IMG/VR virus record: IMGVR_UViG_3300021963_000062
Coordinates: 1-64,000 of that record
Direction: 5' to 3' (one strand)
Source of the DNA: a virus
DNA length: 64,000 nt
Below, one piece after another: positions 9,825-17,741 of the stretch. Position numbers and translations under genes: made by a program. A model generated the notes under the pieces. It did no database searches. It was not told where the DNA came from and saw only the letters and a program-made list of their open reading frames with translations. Position 1 is the stretch's first letter. Every line of letters begins with the position of its first letter.

Positions 9825-10154
9825 TTACATATCTGCGATTTTATCTAGACGATCCAGAGTATTTTCCATCTCTGAAAACAGTTCATTAACATTATTTCCG
9901 TCAAATCCCAAGAATTTTGCTGCATCTTGAATTCTTTCTTTCATTTCAAGTGCTTCTGGGTCATCAGATAAAGAGAGACGGAAGTAAAGATTCTTCTGTT
10001 TCTCTAGAAAAGTTCTCATCAATTCAACATGTTCTCTCTTTTGTTCCCTATTCATGATAGGGGCTTTGAAAGTATCTTCAATAATTTTTTGTTGAAGTTC
10101 TTCCATCTCTTTGATGGCTTCTCTTACGATCTCGGATTGAAAAAATCCACTCAC
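9825..10154 (-). CDS. DUF1825-like protein
   Basis: FFQSEIVRE..LEKQKNLYFRLSLSDDPEA. Confidence 0.75.
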   Translation of the reverse strand: MSGFFQSEIVREAIKEMEELQQKIIEDTFKAPIMNREQKREHVELMRTFLEKQKNLYFRLSLSDDPEALEMKERIQDAAKFLGFDGNNVNELFSEMENTLDRLDKIADM

Positions 10155-10741
10155 AATACAATCTCCTTTAGTGTCTGAGTATACTTTTCCTTATCAATAT
10201 TTAGGAAAGATTTGTATTTTTTGATGCGTAAACTGACGGATTCCCACACTGGATCTAAGAGTTGTTTATCAAAGTTTTTAGAAAATTTAAGGATCATATC
10301 CATTATAACAAAAGTTTCTATAGATATGCCTTTTTGCAAGTATTTCTTAAGAATCTCTGGGTGTGATGAACCTTTGATAGCAAAAAGATCTTCAAAGGTA
10401 TCCTTATGTAAGAATACCTCAGACTCTGTTTTGAAGAGATAGAAGAGACTTTGAGATCTTTTCAACCAGTTAGCATAATTCTTTTCACCTGACTCAATAA
10501 TTTCACCGATCCACAGTTTAGAGGGATCATCACATTCTACAAAATTTGCCAGAAAGTATTGTTTGATCTCGTCATCAGATTTCTGACGAGACATTCGTTC
10601 AAAGAAGTAACGATCTTTCCTCTTGTTGAACGATTCTTTTGAAGCTCTAGACTTCCCGCAATATTGAAAGTAGTCGTAGTTTGGTTTAGTGAAATGATTC
10701 TTGAATGCCAGGTACGTTTTGTATACCTCTATTGGCGTCAT
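10151..10741 (-). CDS. gp59: Helicase loader gp59
   Basis: YKTYLAFKNHFT..YDYFQY.GK..FNKRKDRYFFE. Confidence 0.88.
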   Translation of the reverse strand: MTPIEVYKTYLAFKNHFTKPNYDYFQYCGKSRASKESFNKRKDRYFFERMSRQKSDDEIKQYFLANFVECDDPSKLWIGEIIESGEKNYANWLKRSQSLFYLFKTESEVFLHKDTFEDLFAIKGSSHPEILKKYLQKGISIETFVIMDMILKFSKNFDKQLLDPVWESVSLRIKKYKSFLNIDKEKYTQTLKEIVL

Positions 10742-11004
10742 TAGAATACTAGTTTAGCACGACTTGTTTTTTTAAGAAAATTCAGTTGAGTTGCCTCACA
10801 TTTAATCTTTTCTTTCAATGGTTTTGAAATCAGTTTAGATACTGATTCAAACTCAATACCATTTTCCTCACAATATGTGACGATAGCTTCAATGTAATTA
10901 ATTTTTGAAGTAGAAACTAGATATTCAATGTCCTGGGCAAACTTGGACTGACAGAGAAACTTTTCTTTTATTAAATTGTTTACATCTTCAGTGTTGTTCT
11001 GCAT
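10741..11004 (-). CDS. gp33: Late transcription coactivator gp33
   Basis: NYIEAIVTYCEENGIEFESVSKLISKPLKEKIKCEA..LNFL. Confidence 0.88.
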   Translation of the reverse strand: MQNNTEDVNNLIKEKFLCQSKFAQDIEYLVSTSKINYIEAIVTYCEENGIEFESVSKLISKPLKEKIKCEATQLNFLKKTSRAKLVF

Positions 11005-11674
11005 AGGTTTTTGTGTGATGAGCGACGAACTCTCGGATGTACTTGGTAAGAAGTTTAATATAGTAATCTTTGTTGCGTTTTTCATAGACAAAACATTCTC
11101 CATTATCAGCTACCATTATGGTAATCAACTTTTTAACTGGGATACCAGTCATTTCATAATACATGCAAGCGTAAGCTACTTCCTGAACGAAGTAGTTTTC
11201 AATCCATTCTTCAGGTTTAATTTTCTTAGAAGTCTTGAAGTCAATAATTGCGAGTTCCCCGTCATATTCGGCGATACAATCTACACGACCCGCAAGTCCC
11301 AGATAATCACTATAGAGTGACTTCTCTAAAGCATGTATGTTATTTATACGATCAAGATATGGTTTAGCCGAGAGAAACAGAAACTTTGTGGTGGGAAGTG
11401 GATTGAAGTCATCCACATTCTGATTCAACAAATACTTTTCAACAATATCATGGAACTTGGTTCCACGATCTGTAGCAACCTTAGTGATCTTATTGGCTTC
11501 TTCATCACCAACTTTTTTGCGCCACTCAATAAACTTTTCTCTACCATAAAAACTGGTAACAGAAGTGATAGAAGGATACAACTTACCAGAAGGGACACGA
11601 TAAAAACGTGTCCCTTCAATACTCTGGGCTTCTAAGTCAACTTCTTCTTTTAAATAATCTAAATGAACAAACAT
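10988..11674 (-). CDS. PD-(D/E)XK exonuclease (T4-like cyanophage exonuclease A family)
   Basis: YPSITSV, RGTKFH, AGRVDCIAEYDGELAIIDFKTS, YFVQEVAYA. Confidence 0.88.
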   Translation of the reverse strand: MFVHLDYLKEEVDLEAQSIEGTRFYRVPSGKLYPSITSVTSFYGREKFIEWRKKVGDEEANKITKVATDRGTKFHDIVEKYLLNQNVDDFNPLPTTKFLFLSAKPYLDRINNIHALEKSLYSDYLGLAGRVDCIAEYDGELAIIDFKTSKKIKPEEWIENYFVQEVAYACMYYEMTGIPVKKLITIMVADNGECFVYEKRNKDYYIKLLTKYIREFVAHHTKTYAEQH

Positions 11675-12432
11675 TACATACCTAAGGCCAACTTTGTAAC
11701 AATATAGTTTTTGACAAGTCCAGAACGAACAATATCATCAACACCAAACTCTACAGTGGAAAAATCATATTCCATTGCACGAATAATTTTCATAAAATCA
11801 AGAATCCCATTTTTCTCATGGGTTTTAACAAGATCGGATTGAGTAGCATCACCACAGAACATGATCTTACTATTTTCACCAATACGAGTAATTATACTAT
11901 CTAATTCATGAAAGTTCAAGTTTTGCATCTCGTCAACAAGAACGATTGCATTATCAAGAGTTGTACCACGAATAAAACTTGTAGACCAGAATGAAATAGT
12001 TTCTTGAGCCTTAAGGTTTCCGTAAAGCATTTCAAAGTCGGAGTCCGATGGAAGTTCAAACATGTACTTACACATGTTCTTGTAGGGAATCTGATAGAGT
12101 GCCGCTTTATCCTCATGGTCACCAGGAAGGAAACCAATCTCACGAGTAGAGACAAGAGAACGAACAATGTAAACCTTTTCATAAGGAGTTCTTTCATCCA
12201 GAACATCCTTGAGTGCAAGATAGAGTCCTACAAAAGTTTTACCTGTACCAGCAGCACCATAGGCAAAAATGTTTTTACCTTTTTTATATTCATCAAAGAA
12301 CTTCTGTTGATTATCGGTAAGTGGAGAAATATCCACCATCAGATCAGAATTAATTGGTTTTTTACGGCGCATTTGTTTTGCGCTCATACCAATTCCAATG
12401 TTGCTATTAGAAGTTTTTCTTGATCTTGCCAT
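11674..12432 (-). CDS. phoH: PhoH-family ATPase
   Basis: GAAGTGKT P-loop, EIGFLPG, FIRGTTL, VDEMQN, GDATQSDL. Confidence 0.95.
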   Translation of the reverse strand: MARSRKTSNSNIGIGMSAKQMRRKKPINSDLMVDISPLTDNQQKFFDEYKKGKNIFAYGAAGTGKTFVGLYLALKDVLDERTPYEKVYIVRSLVSTREIGFLPGDHEDKAALYQIPYKNMCKYMFELPSDSDFEMLYGNLKAQETISFWSTSFIRGTTLDNAIVLVDEMQNLNFHELDSIITRIGENSKIMFCGDATQSDLVKTHEKNGILDFMKIIRAMEYDFSTVEFGVDDIVRSGLVKNYIVTKLALGM

Positions 12433-12681
12433 TTAGATTTTCTTTACTCGTGAACCAGGTGCTTTGGAGGCTTTAGTGAGAACATCATTCCAGCCTGGAT
12501 TTCTGGTAATGAGTTTGTCTTTCCACTCGCCTACTTCTCCAGAACCAGGACAGGTAGATGGATCACTCCAATCCCTGTCCCAGTCTGGGTTGTCAATCTT
12601 CCACTGAGACCATTCGTGAACGCTCATCGTCACTTCTTTTTGTTCTCCAGTGGATTTGTTAATAACAGGATAAGTCGCCAT
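12433..12681 (-). CDS. Conserved cyanophage hypothetical protein
   Basis: MATYPVINKSTGEQKE..PGWNDVL; usual neighbour of phoH. Confidence 0.75.
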   Translation of the reverse strand: MATYPVINKSTGEQKEVTMSVHEWSQWKIDNPDWDRDWSDPSTCPGSGEVGEWKDKLITRNPGWNDVLTKASKAPGSRVKKI

Positions 12682-12709
12682 TTAAGTAATGAAGTTCAAT
12701 ATGATTTAT

Positions 12710-12889
12710 TTATTGACTAATGTCAAGTTCAGAATAGTCTAGTCTTTGTAGTTCTTCTGGAGAAATTTCTTTGGTCTTTACTTCTCCATTATCTGTATAT
12801 TCAACGATATATGTTTCTGGTTTGGCTTCTAAAATCGTACATGTAGTTGGAGCATGATCTTTTGATAGTGCCTTACTTTGGTAGTACAT
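12710..12889 (-). CDS. Hypothetical protein, 59 aa
   Basis: ATG preceded by AGGAGGA; MYYQSKALSKD..ELDISQ; read manually. Confidence 0.6.
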   Translation of the reverse strand: MYYQSKALSKDHAPTTCTILEAKPETYIVEYTDNGEVKTKEISPEELQRLDYSELDISQ

Positions 12890-12922
12890 GTTACTGTTTC
12901 CTCCTTAAGGACAAATTATATA

Positions 12923-13555
12923 TCACCATTCTAAAGCTTCTGCAACTGAAGGGAATTGTTCGGTAAACACTCGTTTACAATCAAGAGCAATATCCATATG
13001 TTCTTTCTGAGTTCCATTTGCGGAACGGAGATTGATATAATGAATCCAAGAACGACAAGAACCGGTCATGTAAATACGAGTCGGAGTTGCAAGAGGCAAC
13101 ACGAAACGAGCGCACTCCTTTGCAATATCTGCATCAAGAAGTTCTTTGTAGAGTTTCATCCCTGCTTCAAAGTGATCATTGATTTTCAACCACAGATCTT
13201 CTTTCAATTCCTGAGGAAGATCATCGGTAGAATTCTGACGATTCTTGGTATCCTGACGACGAAGTTCGGGGACAGGAATACTTTCTCCAAGAAGAGAACT
13301 ATCTGCATAACGTTGCGAGAACTCCTGAAAGGTGAATGAGCGGTGACGCAAAATCTGGGCTGCGATACCACGAGTTGTTTCAATTTCCAGTGTCATCGTA
13401 GCTTGTTCAAACACACTCCAGTGGTTGTGTTTGATGCAGTAAGCAAGAAGACGAGCATAGTTCTCGTTCTCTTGATTAGCGGGGTTAGAGACCCTGGCAA
13501 TGTACGCCATGGTCTTTTCTGCGTCAGGGGTGATAGAAATAAGTCGTGCAGTCAT
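12923..13555 (-). CDS. thyX: Flavin-dependent thymidylate synthase
   Basis: HWSVFEQ and RHRSFTFQEFSQRY signature; TQKEH. Confidence 0.96.
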   Translation of the reverse strand: MTARLISITPDAEKTMAYIARVSNPANQENENYARLLAYCIKHNHWSVFEQATMTLEIETTRGIAAQILRHRSFTFQEFSQRYADSSLLGESIPVPELRRQDTKNRQNSTDDLPQELKEDLWLKINDHFEAGMKLYKELLDADIAKECARFVLPLATPTRIYMTGSCRSWIHYINLRSANGTQKEHMDIALDCKRVFTEQFPSVAEALEW

Positions 13556-13563
13556 TTAATTCC

Positions 13564-13731
13564 TCAATCAGGGTAGCCATCGTCATCAAAAACCTCATCA
13601 TAATCAGAGATGTGGTTTGTATTTTCTTTTATTTGTTTGTAAGAATCTGGATCCGAATATACTTCAGACTTAAGACATTCTACCAGAGACTCCAGATTCT
13701 TTACAATCAATTTGAGTCTTTCTTTATCCAT
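13564..13731 (-). CDS. Conserved cyanophage hypothetical protein, 55 aa
   Basis: MDKERLKLIVKNLESLVECLKSEVYSD..DDDGYPD; read manually. Confidence 0.7.
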   Translation of the reverse strand: MDKERLKLIVKNLESLVECLKSEVYSDPDSYKQIKENTNHISDYDEVFDDDGYPD

Positions 13732-13762
13732 AACTATAAGTACTCTCTATCAATTTTAACAC

Positions 13763-13789
13763 AAAAAAAGGAAGGGATCAACCCTTCCT
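13763..13789 (-). terminator. Intrinsic terminator closing the DUF4278 operon
   Basis: AGGAAGGG-N5-CCCTTCCT hairpin followed by a U tract on the minus strand. Confidence 0.75.
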
Positions 13790-13945
13790 ATTAAGTATTG
13801 GTTTAAAAGATAACATGTCTTCAAACCATTCTCTTAAGTGTATGCGATAACACGACCAATACTTGCATCCCCTATAAGTTAGTTGATAACAAGCAGGTGG
13901 TCTACTATCCTTATCCATATCATCGTCGTGATAGTTGTAGTCCAT
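13778..13945 (-). CDS. DUF4278-like small protein, 55 aa
   Basis: YQLTYRGCKY motif; start overlaps the upstream stop. Confidence 0.55.
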   Translation of the reverse strand: MDYNYHDDDMDKDSRPPACYQLTYRGCKYWSCYRIHLREWFEDMLSFKPILNRKG

Positions 13946-14031
13946 CACTTATAAAGCCATTGGATATAAAGGGATAGTAACATTGTAGCTAATGCAATTC
14001 CCGCAGTTATGGAAAGGATAGCTTGTGTCAT
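13945..14031 (-). CDS. Single-TM peptide, 28 aa
   Basis: MTQAILSITAGIALATMLLSLYIQWLYK; TAATG and TGATG overlaps at both ends. Confidence 0.55.
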   Translation of the reverse strand: MTQAILSITAGIALATMLLSLYIQWLYK

Positions 14032-14132
14032 TACTTTGCTCCAACGAGTTGTGCTAGTTGTGCTTGATGACGACGATTTTCTTTTTGTTTTTGTTCTTTA
14101 ATAAGTTGTAGGAAGTTGAGTTTTTGAATCAC
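14031..14132 (-). CDS. Basic Gln-rich peptide, 33 aa
   Basis: GTG start after AAGGAGG overlapping the DUF4278 stop; MIQKLNFLQLIKEQKQKENRRHQAQLAQLVGAK. Confidence 0.55.
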   Translation of the reverse strand: MIQKLNFLQLIKEQKQKENRRHQAQLAQLVGAK

Positions 14133-14266
14133 TTGTGCCCCTCCTTTACAAACTTGACGCCACGATAGACTTCACTTTGTTGTTGGGGTTGTTGCATCAT
14201 CTGTTGTTGATAAGCGATACGCTTTTCGGTATCATACTCAACACCGCGATAAACGACTTTGGACAT
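14129..14266 (-). CDS. DUF4278 protein, 45 aa
   Basis: MSKVVYRGVEYD..QQQMMQQPQQQ..VYRGVKF with two YRGV motifs; SD AGGAG. Confidence 0.8.
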   Translation of the reverse strand: MSKVVYRGVEYDTEKRIAYQQQMMQQPQQQSEVYRGVKFVKEGHK

Positions 14267-14300
14267 TGGTTTTCTCCTAAAGAAATGAGAGGTTTTAATT

Positions 14301-14474
14301 CCCGTTCCTTCAGTCGGCTTTTGCGTCTAGGTTACAACTTTTTTTAGTCATCTGTTTAACTTCAAAGATAATTTCAGATTTGAATTGATCCTCAAGTCTC
14401 AGATTGTTATTAACATTTTTAATAATCATTTGTGCCTGTAAACAGGTCAATAAAAGTTGTTCCATAGATGAACG
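14301..14474 (-). ncRNA. Glutamine riboswitch-like motif (glnA/Downstream-peptide class), copy 2, with an ORF in the P2 loop
   Basis: 5' CGTTCATCTA and 3' TAGACGCAAAAGCCGACTGAAGGAACGG; P1 is CGTTC/GAACG; directly upstream of DUF4278. Confidence 0.65.
14310..14465 (-). CDS. 51-aa two-Cys protein embedded in riboswitch-like motif 2
   Basis: MEQLLLTCLQAQMII..KKSCNLDAKAD; the last codons are the conserved RNA motif. Confidence 0.65.
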   Translation of the reverse strand: MEQLLLTCLQAQMIIKNVNNNLRLEDQFKSEIIFEVKQMTKKSCNLDAKAD

Positions 14475-14476
14475 AT

Positions 14477-14730
14477 CCGTTCCGAGTCGGCTTACTTGCG
14501 TCCTATTTAATTTTTAGCACCTTGTCACTACGTCTCTTCGTAGTTCTAAAAGCAATCGGTCTTCTCTTCTTTGATTTACTACATCGTCGTTTTTAACGAT
14601 GTCCATAAGTTCCCACGCTGCGTCACAACTTATAGTCACAGGATATGGATTCTGGACAAGTCGTGGCGTTGAAACAGAAAGAAGTGGAACCCATGCCAAA
14701 AGCAAAAGTGCTTTAGTCATAGGATGAACG
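14477..14730 (-). ncRNA. Glutamine riboswitch-like motif, copy 1, with an ORF in the P2 loop
   Basis: 5' CGTTCATCCTAT and 3' ATAGGACGCAAGTAAGCCGACTCGGAACGG; P1 is CGTTC/GAACG, P2 is TCCTAT/ATAGGA. Confidence 0.6.
14514..14720 (-). CDS. 68-aa two-Cys protein with signal-like N-terminus, embedded in riboswitch-like motif 1
   Basis: MTKALLLLAWVPLL..ISCDAAWELMDIV..LLLELRRDVVTRC. Confidence 0.65.
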   Translation of the reverse strand: MTKALLLLAWVPLLSVSTPRLVQNPYPVTISCDAAWELMDIVKNDDVVNQRREDRLLLELRRDVVTRC

Positions 14731-14777
14731 TTAGGAGATTAGTATACTCCTATTCATACTATCTAGGCAAGTTTTTT

Positions 14778-14793
14778 TGTAATTTATGTTACA
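14778..14793. promoter_or_regulatory. Putative NtcA binding site
   Basis: TGTA-ATTTATGT-TACA matches GTA-N8-TAC; intergenic, about 50 nt upstream of the riboswitch-like tandem. Confidence 0.6.
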
Positions 14794-14805
14794 AATTTAC
14801 TTAAC

Positions 14806-14928
14806 TTAACCCCAATAGATGACTCCAAGAGTGAAGAAGAGAAATATAAGAACGGTGAAGACCATCATACCTACACCAAACCAAATTGACCACTTAGGCA
14901 TGGGTTCATATTCAGTATTATGAGACAT
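14806..14928 (-). CDS. Single-TM peptide, 40 aa
   Basis: MSHNTEYEPMPKWSIWFGVGMMVFTVLIFLFFTLGVIYWG; read manually. Confidence 0.55.
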   Translation of the reverse strand: MSHNTEYEPMPKWSIWFGVGMMVFTVLIFLFFTLGVIYWG

Positions 14929-14930
14929 AA

Positions 14931-15185
14931 TTAACTATCAATCCCTTGTGCAACATCTAAAGCTTTCTTGGCAGTTCCCAACAATCTATATCTTCTTTTA
15001 TCTTTAGTATAAGGTATGAATAACGAAAATCCCAGAAGATCACCATCTGGATCATCTGGGATTCCTACTGGTTGCACAAAGAATATTCCTGCATGTGCAA
15101 CGCATTTCCAACCAATATCTACAAATCCTAAGTCTCTTAAAGCACACTCAAGTTTTAAAGAATAACATGCTTCCTCTAACTTCAT
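14931..15185 (-). CDS. Hypothetical protein
   Basis: ORF in a tightly packed minus-strand run. Confidence 0.6.
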   Translation of the reverse strand: MKLEEACYSLKLECALRDLGFVDIGWKCVAHAGIFFVQPVGIPDDPDGDLLGFSLFIPYTKDKRRYRLLGTAKKALDVAQGIDS

Positions 15186-15209
15186 ATGTACGGTAAACCG
15201 AACTATGAC

Positions 15210-15407
15210 TTATTTAGAGTTGATTCTAGCCTCTAACTCATTGATACGACTGAATTCTGTATAAGCTTGTTCTGATCTCTCATGGAGAATATCCATAAGG
15301 TCATCATAGATTACATCAATCTCAACATAATCATTAAAATAAGTTTCAAGGGCTTCTCGAAGGTATCTTTTACGATTCCACTCAGGAGAATAAGGTTTAT
15401 AGTCCAT
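15210..15407 (-). CDS. Conserved cyanophage hypothetical protein
   Basis: MDYKPYSPEWNRKRYL. Confidence 0.65.
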   Translation of the reverse strand: MDYKPYSPEWNRKRYLREALETYFNDYVEIDVIYDDLMDILHERSEQAYTEFSRINELEARINSK

Positions 15408-15454
15408 GATACAGTAATATTATAATTATAATCTATCAGATTACAGTTGATTTG

Positions 15455-15685
15455 TCAAGACCTTGGTTGATGATCTTTCATACCATCATGATTTCCGTCT
15501 CCCGGAAGTTTACCAAATGCAAGATATTCTACTGCCTGTAGAGATCCTTGCAATCTTGCCAGATCTTCCTGGATCTTTACATATTCAGAATATGCATCAT
15601 ATAACTCATCTGCCCTAGAAGTGAGTTGAACGGTTCGTTTAGTAAACCTTTCGATCAGTTGTTCGTAATTTTCTGTAGGTTTCAT
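15455..15685 (-). CDS. Hypothetical coiled-coil protein
   Basis: MKPTENYEQLIERF..; ATGA overlap with the upstream ORF. Confidence 0.6.
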   Translation of the reverse strand: MKPTENYEQLIERFTKRTVQLTSRADELYDAYSEYVKIQEDLARLQGSLQAVEYLAFGKLPGDGNHDGMKDHQPRS

Positions 15686-15897
15686 TCTTCCATCTCCCAA
15701 CATTTTTGGAACTTATCTCTTAACTCATTGAGTTTGGTTTGTTGTTGAAATTCTAAGATATATCCATTTATTTCTTTTTCTTCTTCGGTGAGTTTCATAC
15801 GATATTTTTGTTTAATATCAATCAATCGCACCATATCCATATAGTGCTCTGAACTTTTATTAACAAATTCTTCGTAGGTCAATCCCTTTGCCTCCAA
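15682..15897 (-). CDS. Hypothetical protein
   Basis: Packed ORF; start uncertain. Confidence 0.55.
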   Translation of the reverse strand: MEAKGLTYEEFVNKSSEHYMDMVRLIDIKQKYRMKLTEEEKEINGYILEFQQQTKLNELRDKFQKCWEMEE

Positions 15898-16202
15898 TCG
15901 GTTTCGTCATCATCTCTCTTAAACCAATCGTGCAAATCTTCTGGTGAATCAAATCCACGAAGACCAAATCTCTCATGACCTAATCCTCCAAGATCTAATT
16001 GATTCATGAAGTCGTCTAGATCACCCTCCTGCATGTCTGGGTTTTCGGCTCTCCTTCTTGCTTGTCTAAGCATAGTACCAGCAGAACGGTTTGCTTTCGC
16101 AAGTTTTTCTGCCCAAATCATGTCTTCTAGACTGACTGATTCTTGAGCCACAATCTTCTCACAGATTGCTTCTAAACGAAGACGATACTGAGTAGAAAGC
16201 AT
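15879..16202 (-). CDS. Conserved cyanophage hypothetical protein
   Basis: MLSTQYRLRLEAIC..DMIWAEKLAKAN..DWRQRD; upstream CTAAATA and AGGAG. Confidence 0.75.
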   Translation of the reverse strand: MLSTQYRLRLEAICEKIVAQESVSLEDMIWAEKLAKANRSAGTMLRQARRRAENPDMQEGDLDDFMNQLDLGGLGHERFGLRGFDSPEDLHDWFKRDDDETDWRQRD

Positions 16203-16240
16203 AGGAAATTCTCCTTATTAGGATTATTTAGAGTAATATA

Positions 16241-16567
16241 TCACCTTTCAATGTAACTTAGTGTATGATTTGTTGCATTAATTTGGTGAATAATGATATC
16301 ACAACCAATCTTTGGATTGCAATCACCGCATGTAAAAATATCTACTGCCGCTTCTCCCTTTTCTGGCCAGGTATGAATACTAATATGACTTTCCGAAAGT
16401 AGTGAGAGTACAGTAACTCCTTGTGGATCGAATTGTTTAAAAATAGTTTGAACTACATTTGCACCACTAGCAATTGCAGCATTTTCTAACAACTCTATTA
16501 AAAATAAAGAGTTGTCCAATCTATCGAAAGGACAACCATAAAGATTTAAAAGATAGTGTTTCCCCAT
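16241..16567 (-). CDS. speD: S-adenosylmethionine decarboxylase proenzyme
   Basis: MGKH..FDPQGVT..LLSESHISIHTWPE..AAVDIFTCG. Confidence 0.93.
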   Translation of the reverse strand: MGKHYLLNLYGCPFDRLDNSLFLIELLENAAIASGANVVQTIFKQFDPQGVTVLSLLSESHISIHTWPEKGEAAVDIFTCGDCNPKIGCDIIIHQINATNHTLSYIER

Positions 16568-16740
16568 TTAAGTAGGATTATCCTCCTGATCCTTGAGTAA
16601 GCGACTAACGATTTGTTCTCTACCGTCTAACATAGCTACGGTATAAATTGAAGATCTCATGTACCTTTTGATCTTTTTGTACTGTTTTCTGATATCCTTA
16701 ATCGCATCAAGGTTCATCTCAATGTTCATGTCACCAGAGA

Positions 16741-17049
16741 CTACTTTTTGGTTTTCTTCTCCGGAGCTTGATACCCCCACATCTTTGGGTTCGCTTTTCC
16801 CTCTGTCCATTTCATTCCTCTAAAATCACGATATTTGTCCCAATAGTGATCAAAAATATCACTTTGGAGTCCTTGAACGACATCAAATCGTTCTCCATTG
16901 TCATCCCCATAAGTCACGAGATAAGAATCTCTAGGAAGAGAACTATCTTCAGCTGCAGATGGGTCGCAATTCACATGAATAATATTAATGCCCTTACCCA
17001 TCTCAGGAACGATTCCCCCATTGAATATCAGGATACGCCTCGGAAACAA
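16741..17049 (-). CDS. Conserved hypothetical protein (true start probably MGKGI near 17001)
   Basis: CDPSAAEDSSLPRDSYLVTY..IFDHYWD..NPKMWG. Confidence 0.65.
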   Translation of the reverse strand: MFPRRILIFNGGIVPEMGKGINIIHVNCDPSAAEDSSLPRDSYLVTYGDDNGERFDVVQGLQSDIFDHYWDKYRDFRGMKWTEGKANPKMWGYQAPEKKTKK

Positions 17050-17545
17050 GTTCTTTGGTGATATTATATTTAGTTTGCAATTTTTTGTCCTTTACAAGAC
17101 ACAAAACCTCTGCCTCACCAGGATGGAAGGACTCAAGCATGTTAATGAACATCGTCTCTTTACGAAGTTTGTTCATTGCATCATTACCGCCCTTCACAAA
17201 GTTGTAGAATTTACTCCACTCTTTGCGGATGTTTGAAGATGGGTTCTTATCTGCATCTTCTTTGGCTTGAACAGGAACTTCTCCTTCAGGAAGAACAGAC
17301 TGAACACTAGGATCAAAGTTCCAAATCAAAAGAGCTTTAATAAAGTTCTCGTTATACTGCTGGAGAATACCAATTTTCTTATCTTTCGTCCTTTCTGCAA
17401 CAACTGCTGCAAAAATCTCATGAACATAAGATGTAGGAGTCAACTGAATCTTTTCTGCAGCTTTAGCAGCAGGTTTTGTAGCAGTTGTCTTCTTTGGAGT
17501 AGTAGTCTTCGCTCTACTCGTCGTCTTCTTCGTCGTAGTCGTCAT
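17003..17545 (-). CDS. Conserved T4-like phage protein (DUF6433-like)
   Basis: LIWNFDPSVQSVLPEGEVP..YNFVKGGND..ETMFINMLE..HPGEAE. Confidence 0.75.
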   Translation of the reverse strand: MTTTTKKTTSRAKTTTPKKTTATKPAAKAAEKIQLTPTSYVHEIFAAVVAERTKDKKIGILQQYNENFIKALLIWNFDPSVQSVLPEGEVPVQAKEDADKNPSSNIRKEWSKFYNFVKGGNDAMNKLRKETMFINMLESFHPGEAEVLCLVKDKKLQTKYNITKELVSEAYPDIQWGNRS

Positions 17546-17741
17546 AGCTATTTTCAAATCGTACTGCAATTACTTCATCTGGAATTAAGTTTCCATGATC
17601 GTCAAACATTTCTGGATGAGCGAATACTTGTTGCGGAGTGGAGAAAACCACATGTTCTTTCCATAACCAACCAACTATACCACCAACAATCAAGAACATG
17701 AAAGATACCATACAGAATATGGCAACTAAGGGTGCTGTCAT
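17514..17741 (-). CDS. Conserved single-TM hypothetical protein
   Basis: TM segment followed by HPEMFDDHGNLIPDEVIAVRFEN. Confidence 0.7.
   Translation of the reverse strand: MTAPLVAIFCMVSFMFLIVGGIVGWLWKEHVVFSTPQQVFAHPEMFDDHGNLIPDEVIAVRFENSYDDYDEEDDE

Noticed and set aside
10988-11674. Cas4-like nuclease suggesting a CRISPR system
   Set aside because: This is the core T4-like exonuclease beside phoH and gp33; no repeat-spacer array seen
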